From contig CALRDH010000001.1 in the NCBI GenBank assembly GCA_943354835.1, positions 191,298 through 255,297 on the forward strand: a stretch of DNA of 64,000 nt, read 5' to 3'. The notes under the pieces were generated by a model. It saw only the letters and a list, made by a program, of their open reading frames with translations, had not been told where the DNA came from and made no database searches. The stretch comes from a candidate division WWE3 bacterium (GTDB lineage Bacteria; Patescibacteriota; WWE3; 2-01-FULL-39-13). Within the stretch, counting starts at the first letter, position 1; the number at the start of each line of letters is the position of its first letter. The position numbers were made by a program, and so were the translations under genes. Shown here piece after piece: positions 1 to 9,916 of the stretch.

Positions 1-392
1 GCAATTGCTTTTATGATATCTTTTGATGCTTTTTCTAAGCCTCTTCGTATAAACATTGGGTTTGCTCCGGCGGCAACATTTCTAAGTCCTGCGTCTACGA
101 GCGCTTGAGCCAATACTGTTGCTGTTGTTGTTCCGTCGCCTGCGGCGTCATTAGTTTTTGTTGCCGCCTCTAAAACTAGCTTTGCTCCCATATTTTCAAA
201 TTTATCTTTTAAATCAACTTCTTTTGCGACGGTTACTCCATCATGTGTAACATTTGGAGCCCCCCATTCTTTGCTAATTCCGACATTTCGTCCGAGTGGT
301 CCCATTGTTGCGCCAACTGCATTTGCAAGTGCGTCAACTCCGGCTTTTAGTTTATTTCGTGCTTCTTGGTTGTATATTATTTTTTTTGCCAT
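1..392 (-). CDS. groL: Chaperonin GroEL, 5' part (runs off window start)
   Basis: Minus-strand translation [37 protein letters not shown]...[10 protein letters not shown]...[14 protein letters not shown]; directly follows groES. Confidence 0.98.
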   Translation of the reverse strand, partial: MAKKIIYNQEARNKLKAGVDALANAVGATMGPLGRNVGISKEWGAPNVTHDGVTVAKEVDLKDKFENMGAKLVLEAATKTNDAAGDGTTTATVLAQALVDAGLRNVAAGANPMFIRRGLEKASKDIIKAI

Positions 393-409
393 TTTTATTT
401 TTTAACTAA

Positions 410-700
410 TTACTCGATAACTGCAAGTATGTCGCTATCGTTAACTATTTTATATTCGATTCCATCAACAGTTACATTTTCTCCTGCCCATTTGCCTTTT
501 ATTAAAACCGTTTGTCCTTTTTTAACACCTGGCTTAATTAATTGTCCCGATTCTGAAAATCTTCCTTCGCCTACTGCAATGACTTCTGCCATGTGTGTCT
601 CTTCTTGTGCTTCGTCTGGTAAAAAGATTCCACCAGAAGTTTTTTCTTTTGCTTCAAGTAACTTAAGTACTACTTTGTCTGAAAGTGGTTTTATGGTCAT
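410..700 (-). CDS. groS: Co-chaperonin GroES
   Basis: IKPLSDKVV...KTSGGIFLPD...VIAVGEG...DILAVIE. Confidence 0.98.
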   Translation of the reverse strand: MTIKPLSDKVVLKLLEAKEKTSGGIFLPDEAQEETHMAEVIAVGEGRFSESGQLIKPGVKKGQTVLIKGKWAGENVTVDGIEYKIVNDSDILAVIE

Positions 701-751
701 ATGATTTTTATTACTATTTAAACTAATTTACACGTTTCGGGATAAAATATA

Positions 752-1174
752 TCAGACTAAGCTCGAGAGTGTCAATGAAAAATATCTAAGCCACGGAGAT
801 GTGGATTTATAAAAATATAAATAAGTGAATATGTCTATTATAAAGTTAACCAGAAACCCTAGAAATAAGTAAAACATTAAACCTCCGAATAAATAAGAAA
901 GTGTTAAAAGAATAAAAAGAACCTCAAAATTATGAAATATGTAAAAGTGTGGATTATGGTTTTTGAATTCTTGTTTAAAAAATTGCAATGCTGATTTAAT
1001 ATTTTTTGGATGCTTGGAAAAGAAATAATAAAAAAGATGATCGATGTCGATTAGAATTGATCCAATGATAAGAAGTATGGTTTGTGCCGAATTAAAACCG
1101 AGTAGCAATGAAATAACAATCGGAATCAATAAATTCGCAGAAATTTCTGAGACGAGTTGTTTTTTTAAGTTCAT
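752..1174 (-). CDS. Membrane protein, possible membrane-bound metal-dependent hydrolase
   Basis: Hydrophobic helices with DIDH and FHNFE motifs; ATG at 1174 preferred over 1216. Confidence 0.5.
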   Translation of the reverse strand: MNLKKQLVSEISANLLIPIVISLLLGFNSAQTILLIIGSILIDIDHLFYYFFSKHPKNIKSALQFFKQEFKNHNPHFYIFHNFEVLFILLTLSYLFGGLMFYLFLGFLVNFIIDIFTYLYFYKSTSPWLRYFSLTLSSLV

Positions 1175-1301
1175 AGATATAGATAAAGTGTTTAGTATGT
1201 GTCGAACACAGTACAAAGTATAGCAAAATATATTAGAATTTCGTGATTCGTGTTAACCTTTCTGTAAAGTAATTAGTTAAATAAATGTTTTATAAATTTT
1301 T

Positions 1302-2045
1302 ATGGATGAAAATCAAGAACCAGTACGTAATCAGCAAGGTCTAGACGGAATCACTAGGCGTAGCTTTTTACGAGCAGCTGCAGTAACTGGAGTGACATCA
1401 ATTCTAGGCAGCTCGTCTGCTTCTCCTATACCAGTAGCGCAAGGTGAAGGAGTTTTTAGAGCACGCGCAGGTGGTGGTGAAACACTCTACAGCACACTTG
1501 AGATTTCGTCACTGCAAGTACCTTTAGGCAATGAAAATCCTGAAATTGAAGGTGGACAGGAGGTTACACTACCTGTAGTTGAGATATCGCTTGATGAACT
1601 TGGTATTACTGGTGTCATCAATCCGGTAGTTTATGGACAAATTACAACTAATAATGGCCAAGATGTAATTGCAGAATCAACATTTGGTACTCAAGCTATA
1701 TTTGAAGGCCTTCAACGAACTGAAGGTGATGGTGAATATCCTGGTCGATTAGTAATAGTTCTTTCGGGAAGTGAAAAAATATCAAGCACTAGTCCAATTG
1801 GGAGGCATTTACGGGCAATGAGAGGACTTAATTTTCTGTCTCTAGAAGAAGGGGTTGATTTGCCTGATGATGCAGTTGTTGAGATAGCCGTAGGGTCAGC
1901 TGGTGTTTCTAGTATAGTTAGTTCTGAATTAGGAATTCTATCTATGGCTTACACTGAGCCCCCATCAATCAAAAAAGTATTTCAATGTTTTGGAGCTGGG
2001 GGTGATATAAATAGAATAGAATCAGAAGCGGTTGGTGTTGGTTAA
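1302..2045 (+). CDS. Hypothetical secreted protein with twin-arginine-like signal
   Basis: N-terminal TRRSFLRAAAVTGVTSILG; mature region not recognised. Confidence 0.7.
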   Translation: MDENQEPVRNQQGLDGITRRSFLRAAAVTGVTSILGSSSASPIPVAQGEGVFRARAGGGETLYSTLEISSLQVPLGNENPEIEGGQEVTLPVVEISLDELGITGVINPVVYGQITTNNGQDVIAESTFGTQAIFEGLQRTEGDGEYPGRLVIVLSGSEKISSTSPIGRHLRAMRGLNFLSLEEGVDLPDDAVVEIAVGSAGVSSIVSSELGILSMAYTEPPSIKKVFQCFGAGGDINRIESEAVGVG

Positions 2046-2085
2046 CCATGTTTTTCAAGTTCATGGCGTAGAATGAGAGTTTTTC

Positions 2086-2123
2086 GAGGCCTGGGCCGGA
2101 ATCGAACTGGGGGTGAGAGTTTT
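2086..2123 (-). repeat. Degenerate copy of the tRNA-Cys 3' half (att-like scar)
   Basis: 32/38 identity with 2876-2913, ending at the anticodon loop. Confidence 0.8.
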
Positions 2124-2134
2124 CATTTCAATAA

Positions 2135-2536
2135 TTATGGTTCTAGCCTCTTTGAGTCAAGTTTATCAAAGTCTTTGTCAAATGAATAAATTTGTTTGCA
2201 TTCATAGTTTTTTTCATCATTTAAACAGTCTACAAAATCAACATTTAGTTTTTCATATTTAACAAGAGCCTTCAGTATTAAGTTTATTTCCTCGACGTGT
2301 AACTTTGGGGTGTTGATTATTGATTTGATTACATCTGCAATATCGTTTTTCTTGAATTTATATAGAGATCTCAGTGTAAATTCTATTTCCATAATTACGA
2401 AAATTGTTGTATAGAAGGTTCCTTTTTCAGTATTGGCAATCTCGGTCAGAAATCTTTTTGATTTTGTAGATTGTATCTTGTGATCATCAAGTATGGCTCT
2501 TAAAAAAACATTCGTATCAATAAGGTAGCAGGTCAT
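2135..2536 (-). CDS. PIN-domain (VapC-like) toxin
   Basis: LIDTNVFLR, conserved E, DFVD and SFDKDF motifs; overlaps antitoxin stop. Confidence 0.9.
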   Translation of the reverse strand: MTCYLIDTNVFLRAILDDHKIQSTKSKRFLTEIANTEKGTFYTTIFVIMEIEFTLRSLYKFKKNDIADVIKSIINTPKLHVEEINLILKALVKYEKLNVDFVDCLNDEKNYECKQIYSFDKDFDKLDSKRLEP

Positions 2537-2799
2537 TCAATTCCTTCGTGTACTATCGTTTTTGCATTAATTTCCATGGCTTTTCCAACGTCATCTTTTT
2601 TTGTGATATATTTTTTATCCTTCTTGAATTTATAACCAAAAAAGTCTTTTACTGTTTTGGTAATCGGTTTTATAATGATTTTATCATCTAGCAATTCAAA
2701 CACTACAATATCATTTGGGGAAATGGTCAACTCATTTCTGAACGCTATTGGTATTGTTATTTGTCCTTTTGTAGTTACGGTCGAAGTATTTCTATTCAT
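2533..2799 (-). CDS. AbrB/MazE/SpoVT-family antitoxin
   Basis: TVTTKGQITIPIAFRNELTI...IIIKP. Confidence 0.9.
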   Translation of the reverse strand: MNRNTSTVTTKGQITIPIAFRNELTISPNDIVVFELLDDKIIIKPITKTVKDFFGYKFKKDKKYITKKDDVGKAMEINAKTIVHEGIE

Positions 2800-2833
2800 G
2801 ATGTTGGAATTGTAACACAAGTAAGATTTTTGA

Positions 2834-2848
2834 AAAGGTAATACCTTT
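2834..2848. promoter_or_regulatory. Putative operator of the AbrB-PIN TA promoter
   Basis: Palindrome AAAGGTA-A-TACCTTT just upstream of the antitoxin. Confidence 0.5.
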
Positions 2849-2873
2849 AACCGTGGAGGGTTTTAAATTAATT

Positions 2874-2947
2874 TGGAGGCCCGAGTCGGAATCGAACCGA
2901 CGGTGAGAGTTTTGCAGACTCCTGCCTTACCACTTGGCTACCGGGCC
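2874..2947 (-). tRNA. tRNA-Cys(GCA)
   Basis: GGCCCGG acceptor, anticodon loop CT-GCA-AA, GTTCGATTCC, encoded CCA. Confidence 0.97.
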
Positions 2948-3031
2948 ATTTGGGTATATTTTAACATAAATATTAGCTTCTATTTCGTTGCAAATATAGT
3001 CTTTTAGTGTTAGTTTTTAGATAGATTAAAT

Positions 3032-4204
3032 ATGAAAAATTTCGATCCCTATCAAATTATCACCATCGTACTTTCTATAGCAATTATCGCGTCTATTGGA
3101 GTTTTTATTTATAACCTATCGTTTGGTGGTTTTGGCAAAGCCGCTTTAAGTGTTGATACACAAAATGGCAAAGCAACAGTAATTATTAATGGAAAAGATA
3201 AAGGGGAAACACCTGTTTATACGGAAGAACTTAACGCAAAAAATATAAATGTCCAAGTAAATGGTGAAGGTGCTTCGTATAGCACAATTGTTAAACCTGC
3301 AGGAGGAACTTTGGCCGTCATAAAAAGAGAACTTGGTGCAGGTGGAGCTTTTAGCTCTGGCTTAAATATTTGGTTTACTAAAGGTTCTGGGGCAGATTCA
3401 ATAATTTCTGTTATATCCCCAGATAGTGAAGGCGTTTCTGTTATTGTTGATGGCGTTGAAATGGGAAAAACACCAGTTAAGTTTTCAACTGGGGATTTGT
3501 TAAAGCAAAATGCTGAAGGCAAATATGTTCTTACTTTTAAAAAAGATAGATATCAAGATCAAGAAGTAGAAATAAAAGTTAAGCCTGGATATGAATTAAA
3601 TATTAGAACGGACATGTTTTTGAAACCCTTATCATCTGAAATTGTTTCATTAAGTGGATTTGCAGAAGGAATAAGATTTGTCGGATTTAAAGGAATGACA
3701 GATGCGGCTTTTGCCGACCGAAAGGTCTGGGCAAAAGCCGCATCCTACTGGCTTTCTTCTCGTGGTGCAATCACATTTGATGGAAATAAGATTGAAAAAT
3801 TTAATTACTTTTTATCCGATGACGGAAAGATTTTCAATTCAGAAGCAAATGAAATTTCAGCCGAAGACCTAAAGGTTGAATCAGGAAATGTTGTAATGTA
3901 TTTAGGTTCTGGAAATGATTCAAATATTTCAGATCCCGCAAAAACTATTATCGAAAAGGCAACTGGGAAAATTTCTCCTGCAGCTCCAAGCGCAGATGGA
4001 AAAGGAAGAATTAAAATTAAACCAACTGGCATTGGATATTTAAAGGTTCGAAGTTCCGCTTCAACTGGAAGCACCCAAGTAGGAAAAGTTGATGAAGGCA
4101 CTATTTTCAATGTTATTGAAGTTAAAAATGGATGGTATAAAATTTCTTACGAAACTGGTAAAGATGGTTGGGTTAGTGGAACGTATGTTGAAAGCGTCGA
4201 TTAA
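3032..4204 (+). CDS. Membrane-anchored PEGA-domain protein with C-terminal bacterial SH3 domain
   Basis: N-terminal TM, two VxVDG..GKTP PEGA-like repeats, C-terminal LKVRSSAS...GWYKI...GWVS. Confidence 0.85.
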   Translation: MKNFDPYQIITIVLSIAIIASIGVFIYNLSFGGFGKAALSVDTQNGKATVIINGKDKGETPVYTEELNAKNINVQVNGEGASYSTIVKPAGGTLAVIKRELGAGGAFSSGLNIWFTKGSGADSIISVISPDSEGVSVIVDGVEMGKTPVKFSTGDLLKQNAEGKYVLTFKKDRYQDQEVEIKVKPGYELNIRTDMFLKPLSSEIVSLSGFAEGIRFVGFKGMTDAAFADRKVWAKAASYWLSSRGAITFDGNKIEKFNYFLSDDGKIFNSEANEISAEDLKVESGNVVMYLGSGNDSNISDPAKTIIEKATGKISPAAPSADGKGRIKIKPTGIGYLKVRSSASTGSTQVGKVDEGTIFNVIEVKNGWYKISYETGKDGWVSGTYVESVD

Positions 4205-4219
4205 TTTTCGTACCTGCCT

Positions 4220-4798
4220 ATGTACGCTAAAACTTTAGTAAAACTTATAGACTACGCAATATTTCCAGCTGTTTTAATTGCTTTTGCAAAAATTGGATCA
4301 GCCATTTTATTTTCTCGGTATTTTGATTTTTCATATAAATCCGATGGTGTGCGAATTGTTTTTGAAAGTGCGGAAGCTTTCATTGCAGTTAATTCATATT
4401 CGTCTTTAGTGATGTTTTTTTCTGTTCTTGCTGGACTTGGATGGGTAATTGTGAAGGCTCATTTATTTCACGATACACATATAAGCCCATCTTTTTCAGC
4501 AAAGCTTTTTAGTATGAATTTGCAAGAACTCATTCACACAACTGAAACTATATATTCTCAGGCTTTCATTTGGCTTTCATTTGCTTGGTTAACTACTATA
4601 GTTTTCGGGGTTTATAGCTATTTTGGTTTATCTTATGTTTGGATATTTTTTGTATCATTAGCATTTTCGATTATAGCAACGACTCTTTTAATTATTGATA
4701 TTGAAAAAGAAATTAAATCCGACAAAGAAATGTTTGATATTCCTTTTGAGCCGACTAATCGAGTCGTAAAATTTTCCGAGGAAATATTCGTAGCATGA
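4220..4798 (+). CDS. Hypothetical multi-pass membrane protein
   Basis: 192-aa ORF with four hydrophobic segments, in an operon. Confidence 0.75.
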   Translation: MYAKTLVKLIDYAIFPAVLIAFAKIGSAILFSRYFDFSYKSDGVRIVFESAEAFIAVNSYSSLVMFFSVLAGLGWVIVKAHLFHDTHISPSFSAKLFSMNLQELIHTTETIYSQAFIWLSFAWLTTIVFGVYSYFGLSYVWIFFVSLAFSIIATTLLIIDIEKEIKSDKEMFDIPFEPTNRVVKFSEEIFVA

Positions 4799-5223
4799 AA
4801 ACAATTCTAAAAAATTCCTTATTAGTTTCTATAGTTGCAGGACTTTTAGTTCTTCCTTTGTCTGGATTCGGACTTTTTGATTACACAAAGAGTGAAATAT
4901 CTCCTGCTGCGACTGTTTTAGGTGTACAAACTGCCATCTCATCTCAGCCAAAGATAAAAGTAATTGATCAGATTAGTTTGAAATTATCTATTTCTGATGA
5001 GAATGTTCAAAAATTTTATAATGTTGTTCCAGAAGAATACCTTTTTCCCGAATTCACTTCTTATGCTATTGGACCAAAAGATTTAGTTGATGCCGGATAT
5101 GTTTTTGAAATCGTTGAGAATGGATTATCAAAAGACCTTATAGTTACCGCGCCTAAATCTTTATCTAAATTAAAATCGCAAATTATTGAATTACCAATAA
5201 TCATAATAAAAGCAGAAAATTAA
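4795..5223 (+). CDS. Hypothetical exported protein
   Basis: N-terminal hydrophobic segment, VLG motif; ATGA-type overlap with the upstream gene. Confidence 0.7.
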   Translation: MKTILKNSLLVSIVAGLLVLPLSGFGLFDYTKSEISPAATVLGVQTAISSQPKIKVIDQISLKLSISDENVQKFYNVVPEEYLFPEFTSYAIGPKDLVDAGYVFEIVENGLSKDLIVTAPKSLSKLKSQIIELPIIIIKAEN

Positions 5224-5246
5224 TACATGATATAATCGTTGGAACG

Positions 5247-6167
5247 ATGATGATTTATCATTTTGTAAGGGCACTAAGACCAAGACAGTGGATAAAAAAT
5301 GCGGTTGTGTTTGCACCTCTTGTATTTCATGGAGTTTTATTTAACCCGTCATATTTTTTCAAAGCATTTTTAGCATTCTTATATTTTTGTGGGGTCGCCT
5401 CTGCATCATATTTAATCAATGACATTTGGGATGCACAAAGAGACAGACTGCATCCAGTAAAAAAGAACCGGCCTATAGCTTCGGGAGATTTACCTGTCAA
5501 AGTAGCTTGGGTCGCTGTTTTTATTTTATTTACTATTTTATTACCAAGTGCTTTTTTTGTAGTAGGAAAATATTTTGGAATTGTTTTATTACTTTATGTG
5601 TTTTTACAGATTGCATATAATTTCAAATTAAAAAACGTAATAATCGTTGATGCATTAACAATTTCGATCGGCTTTATTTTAAGAGCCTTCGCAGGAGCTC
5701 TAGCGATTCCTTTATCAATTTCATCTTGGTTAATTCTTGCAATTACAGGGGTTTCCCTACTATTAGCTTTTGGAAAACGTCGTGCTGAAAGAACTTTGCT
5801 TGAAGCGCAAGGAATTTCAAAAGCCAGTACAAGGTCAATATTAAGACATTATCCAGATAATTTGCTTGATTCTATGATTTCCATGTCTGCATCATTTTCG
5901 ATCATTACATATTCCTTATTTGCTTTTCAGGTTTCGCCAGAAAACTCTGTAGTCAGGGACCTTAGTTCTTATATACCTTCTACATTGTTAAGTGCGAAAT
6001 TGTTAATGTTAACAATTCCTTTGGTTATATATGGAGTAGGTAGATATTTATATGTGATTTATGAAAAAAGAGAGGGAGAAAGTCCTGAACGCGTTTTGTT
6101 AGACGATAAGCCTCTTTTTTATACTGCAATTATTTGGATTATTTCTGTAATCCTTATCACAAATTAA
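5247..6167 (+). CDS. UbiA-family decaprenyl-phosphate phosphoribosyltransferase-like protein
   Basis: RPRQWIKN, YLINDIWDAQRDRLHPVKKNRPIASG, FGKRRAE. Confidence 0.9.
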   Translation: MMIYHFVRALRPRQWIKNAVVFAPLVFHGVLFNPSYFFKAFLAFLYFCGVASASYLINDIWDAQRDRLHPVKKNRPIASGDLPVKVAWVAVFILFTILLPSAFFVVGKYFGIVLLLYVFLQIAYNFKLKNVIIVDALTISIGFILRAFAGALAIPLSISSWLILAITGVSLLLAFGKRRAERTLLEAQGISKASTRSILRHYPDNLLDSMISMSASFSIITYSLFAFQVSPENSVVRDLSSYIPSTLLSAKLLMLTIPLVIYGVGRYLYVIYEKREGESPERVLLDDKPLFYTAIIWIISVILITN

Positions 6168-6170
6168 GTC

Positions 6171-7601
6171 TTATTTTGTTGGTTTTTTTACAAAATTTAG
6201 AAGTGCGATTCCTGCAATGATTACTGTTGCAAGAGTTGCAAGTGATAGAGCTCTTAATTGTCCTGAAGTCAAAATTCCTATAGCTCCAAGTAATAATGTT
6301 GTTGACCAATAAAAGATTGCAACTTTTTGTTTACTCCAGCCTAATCCTTCTAATAATTTATGGTGCAAATGCTCCCTATCGCCCCAAAATGGCATTTGAC
6401 CGCGTCTTAATCTTCTTACAATTGCGAAAAGTCCATCTAAAAATGGAATCATTAAAACAATCAATGTCGTCGCGACTTTTGTACTTCCAAGAATTGATAA
6501 CGCTGCGATAATAAGGCCTGCTGAAGTTGCACCAAACCCCCACAATAATTTTTGAGGTGGCCATGTAAAAAGTGCCATTCCAAGTCCTGCTCCAGATGTA
6601 AGTGCGGCTAGTTTTATAAATATGCCAACGCCTGGATCTTCATCTAATGTTTGAAGCATTAATATAGAAATTACAAAAGACGCAATTGTTACAAGTCCTG
6701 CATAAACTCCATCGGTTCCATTTGCCCATGACATAAAATTCATTGTCCAACCAATCCATAGTGCTGATGCAAGAGCTCCTAAATAATAAATTTTATGTTC
6801 TCCCATGAAATCTATTACATATTTGTAGGAGTCTAGTTTTATTGCTTCGCCAAATGGATTTGAAATATAGATTAGAATTATTCCAGATAAAACAGCAATC
6901 GCAATTGATAGTCCTTGAACCAAAAGTCTCTTGTATGGGCTTACATCCTTTTTATCATCTATAAGACCAACAACAACGCAAATGATAGAGCCTAATATTA
7001 TTCCAACTATTTTTTGACTTGAAAGAATAGGTAGAAGAAAAATCCCTGGTATTAAAATTCCAAGTAAAAAAGCTAATCCACCAGCTCTTGGTACGGGTTT
7101 TTTCAAAAGCATTGCTGGATGTTTATGTCTGAATGGGTCATCCATAAAGTTATACTTTTTGGCTAACTTAATTACCATTGGTGTGACTACTATTGTTGTT
7201 AGAAATGACAAAATCATTGGAACAAGCAATAGCCTTGTCCAAATAGGAAATATGATTTCTTTTGAAACTGATATATTTGCAATTCTAATTGTGTATAAAC
7301 TTAAGACAGAAACACAAAGAAGTGTCACGACGGAATAAAACCTTGAAATATAGAAATTGGATTTAGTATTTTCGACTATAGAGAAGGTTGCGTTTGTGAT
7401 TATTATAATCGCCGAAAGTGCAAGTAATATCCAAATGTTTGATTTATCTGCTAATTGTAAATTTCCCCAAGGTAAGGTATAGAGAAACGGAATTTTTGGG
7501 GGCAAGAAACTGTATGCAATTTTAATGTAATAACTTGTTAATAAAAATATTATTGTGCTTGCAATGTATATCCAGGTTAAAGAATTTAGTGTAAGTTTCA
7601 T
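6171..7601 (-). CDS. MraY/WecA-family undecaprenyl-phosphate sugar-1-P transferase with N-terminal membrane extension
   Basis: PRAGG, GLIDD, DREHLHHKL motifs; extra ~120-aa N-terminal PWG-containing module. Confidence 0.88.
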   Translation of the reverse strand: MKLTLNSLTWIYIASTIIFLLTSYYIKIAYSFLPPKIPFLYTLPWGNLQLADKSNIWILLALSAIIIITNATFSIVENTKSNFYISRFYSVVTLLCVSVLSLYTIRIANISVSKEIIFPIWTRLLLVPMILSFLTTIVVTPMVIKLAKKYNFMDDPFRHKHPAMLLKKPVPRAGGLAFLLGILIPGIFLLPILSSQKIVGIILGSIICVVVGLIDDKKDVSPYKRLLVQGLSIAIAVLSGIILIYISNPFGEAIKLDSYKYVIDFMGEHKIYYLGALASALWIGWTMNFMSWANGTDGVYAGLVTIASFVISILMLQTLDEDPGVGIFIKLAALTSGAGLGMALFTWPPQKLLWGFGATSAGLIIAALSILGSTKVATTLIVLMIPFLDGLFAIVRRLRRGQMPFWGDREHLHHKLLEGLGWSKQKVAIFYWSTTLLLGAIGILTSGQLRALSLATLATVIIAGIALLNFVKKPTK

Positions 7602-9145
7602 CTTGTTTTGGGTGTATAAAATGTAGTTTTAGGAAGTTCTCCAAACATCATTCTAGTTTCTGCATACAAAAATGGAACGAATGAAAATGTTAGCAAATTC
7701 AGCATTAACGCCGGACCTTCGATTATTGCGATAATTCTTCGCCAAAGCGGCCATTCTTTTGGAAGGCTACCCTTATATAGCATCATACGAACATATGTTG
7801 CTGGTATAAAAATAAAAAGCCCTCCTGTTAGTATTATGCTTAAAACTTGAGGAAGTCCGTAAACCGTTGAGGAATTTTTAAAAGCTGTATTAACAAATGT
7901 AATCAAAGAAAATCCGACTGTAATTAAAAAAGCGCTAGTTCTCATTAATAAATGTCGTTCAATTTTTGAATAACCCCACAATATTTTTTGTTCTAACGTA
8001 GCTTTTTTATTGTTTGCTTGTTTTAAGATTGCTTTTAATGCTATTACTGTTGTAACGCTTCCCCATCCCCATCTGACAAGTTGTTTATACAAATTCTGAT
8101 TTGCATTTATAAAATTTTTGCCGCCTGTTGCATCTCCATAAATTGGAATATAAAAATGCTTCTCGGAAAAATCTCCTTCTCTTGCGCCAAATGCTCTCCA
8201 GTAAAATACAGTATCGTCAATCAATGTTGTATCCCAAAAATCAGCTGCGATTAGTGTATCAAGTGCGCACGAATAACACGAAAACGACTCTTTTGGCATG
8301 CTGAAAAGATGACCCGAGGTCCAATTTGAAAGCATTCCTAAAGTTACATTGTTTGCTTCGATTCTCGAAGTTAAAGGAACTGTCCAGATATTATTGCTAA
8401 AAAGATGTACAACGGTTTCATAAAATCTATTAAATCTTTTTGCATCAATCAAATATTCGTATGCAATTCTTGAAAGAAATTCTTTGTGGATTTTCCAGTC
8501 AGAATCGTATGTTGTGAATATATAATTCTTAATATTTTTACTTTGTTTTAAAAGCTCTTTGACTGCATGCTTTGCTGCCCATGCTCTATTTGGTGAAGCT
8601 ACTCCAACAATTTCTCCGGGGATTCCTTTTGGATGTGCAAAAAACATTAATTCTGGAAAATTATTTTTATCATAATTTCCACGGATTTTTTCTAAAGTAC
8701 TTTTAACTTTTTCTTCGCCGAACTCTTCAACTCCAACAACCAATAAAATATTTTTAACTGGGAATGAAGATTTTATTATTGTTTCGATAGTTTCACTTAA
8801 AATTTCATAACCTTCGCTTACTGTAGGGATTAATATTAAATGCTTGAGTTTGTCTAGGCTTTCGGGTAAGGTTTCATTATTTGGAAGGTCTTTAAAATTT
8901 AATTCTTTGCATTTTTCGTACCAATCTATTGAAATTTCCTTTTCGTAAATTTTGTAACCTTTAATTAGCCCGATTCCATGAGTTATTGCCATATATACCC
9001 AATAAACTGCTAGATACGTTAGTATAAATGCAGCGATTTTTGGAGCTATAAGACCAAGCCAAATTGGCATAAGAAGCATTGTCCAAGTTAATACACCCGG
9101 AACTGCCATTAAAAATCTGTCTAATTTATTTTTCGTATCGATCAT
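7598..9145 (-). CDS. Membrane glycosyltransferase family 2
   Basis: ILIPT, TTYDSD, LIDD, QLVRWGWG (QxxRW); flanking TM helices. Confidence 0.85.
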   Translation of the reverse strand: MIDTKNKLDRFLMAVPGVLTWTMLLMPIWLGLIAPKIAAFILTYLAVYWVYMAITHGIGLIKGYKIYEKEISIDWYEKCKELNFKDLPNNETLPESLDKLKHLILIPTVSEGYEILSETIETIIKSSFPVKNILLVVGVEEFGEEKVKSTLEKIRGNYDKNNFPELMFFAHPKGIPGEIVGVASPNRAWAAKHAVKELLKQSKNIKNYIFTTYDSDWKIHKEFLSRIAYEYLIDAKRFNRFYETVVHLFSNNIWTVPLTSRIEANNVTLGMLSNWTSGHLFSMPKESFSCYSCALDTLIAADFWDTTLIDDTVFYWRAFGAREGDFSEKHFYIPIYGDATGGKNFINANQNLYKQLVRWGWGSVTTVIALKAILKQANNKKATLEQKILWGYSKIERHLLMRTSAFLITVGFSLITFVNTAFKNSSTVYGLPQVLSIILTGGLFIFIPATYVRMMLYKGSLPKEWPLWRRIIAIIEGPALMLNLLTFSFVPFLYAETRMMFGELPKTTFYTPKTR

Positions 9146-9912
9146 TTTAATTTAAAAAATGCAAAGGCATTTTTCGTGGTTCTATCTTCTACCTCTTTTG
9201 TGGAAATCCCTTTGATTTCAGCAATTTCTTGTGCTACAAGTTTAACATATTTCGATGAATTTACTTTTACTCCAGCCTTTTTGGCGCTTATCGGAATTAG
9301 GTATGGAGAATCTGTTTCTAACATTATTTTTTCTAGTGGAATTCTTTTTATGGCGTCTCTTAAATCACCCGCGTTTGGGTATGTAACGATGCCTGTTATA
9401 GATAACATAAGTCCAAGATCTAAGGCTTTTTTTGCGGTTTCGTAATTTTCGCAAAAACAGTGCCAGACGGCGGGAAATGGGGCGCGCCCCATTTCCCGCC
9501 CTAATATATCTAATAAATCTTCTGTCCCTTGTCTTGAATGTATTATTATTGGCAAATTCAATTCTCTTGATATTTCAATTTGAGAAATAAACAAGGATGC
9601 TTGAGCATCCTTGCTTCTCTTTATTTCTGGTAAGTGTGGATTTGTATAATCAAGTCCACATTCTCCAATTGCGACAACTTTTTTGCTTCTTGCTAATTCT
9701 TTTATCAATTTCAATTTTTCCCCGTCTGGGATTTCATTTTCGGGAATTACATCATGAGGATAAAGTCCGCATGTTGCAAAAACGTGATCATTTGAATTTG
9801 CTTTTTCTACTGCGTTTTTAGCTTCAGACAATGTGTGTCCGATGAGTATCTCTATGTCTGCTCTTTCTTCGTTGTTTTCGGATATTGAGTGAGTGTGCGT
9901 ATCAACAATCAT
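9142..9912 (-). CDS. tatD: TatD-family deoxyribonuclease
   Basis: DTHTH, AIGECGLD, IIHSR, HCF, LETDSPY. Confidence 0.93.
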   Translation of the reverse strand: MIVDTHTHSISENNEERADIEILIGHTLSEAKNAVEKANSNDHVFATCGLYPHDVIPENEIPDGEKLKLIKELARSKKVVAIGECGLDYTNPHLPEIKRSKDAQASLFISQIEISRELNLPIIIHSRQGTEDLLDILGREMGRAPFPAVWHCFCENYETAKKALDLGLMLSITGIVTYPNAGDLRDAIKRIPLEKIMLETDSPYLIPISAKKAGVKVNSSKYVKLVAQEIAEIKGISTKEVEDRTTKNAFAFFKLK

Positions 9913-9916
9913 TTTA

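Noticed and set aside
7763-7778. Partial match to the 17-bp hairpin repeat inside the GT2 gene
   Set aside because: One arm is broken and it lies in coding sequence; probably chance.
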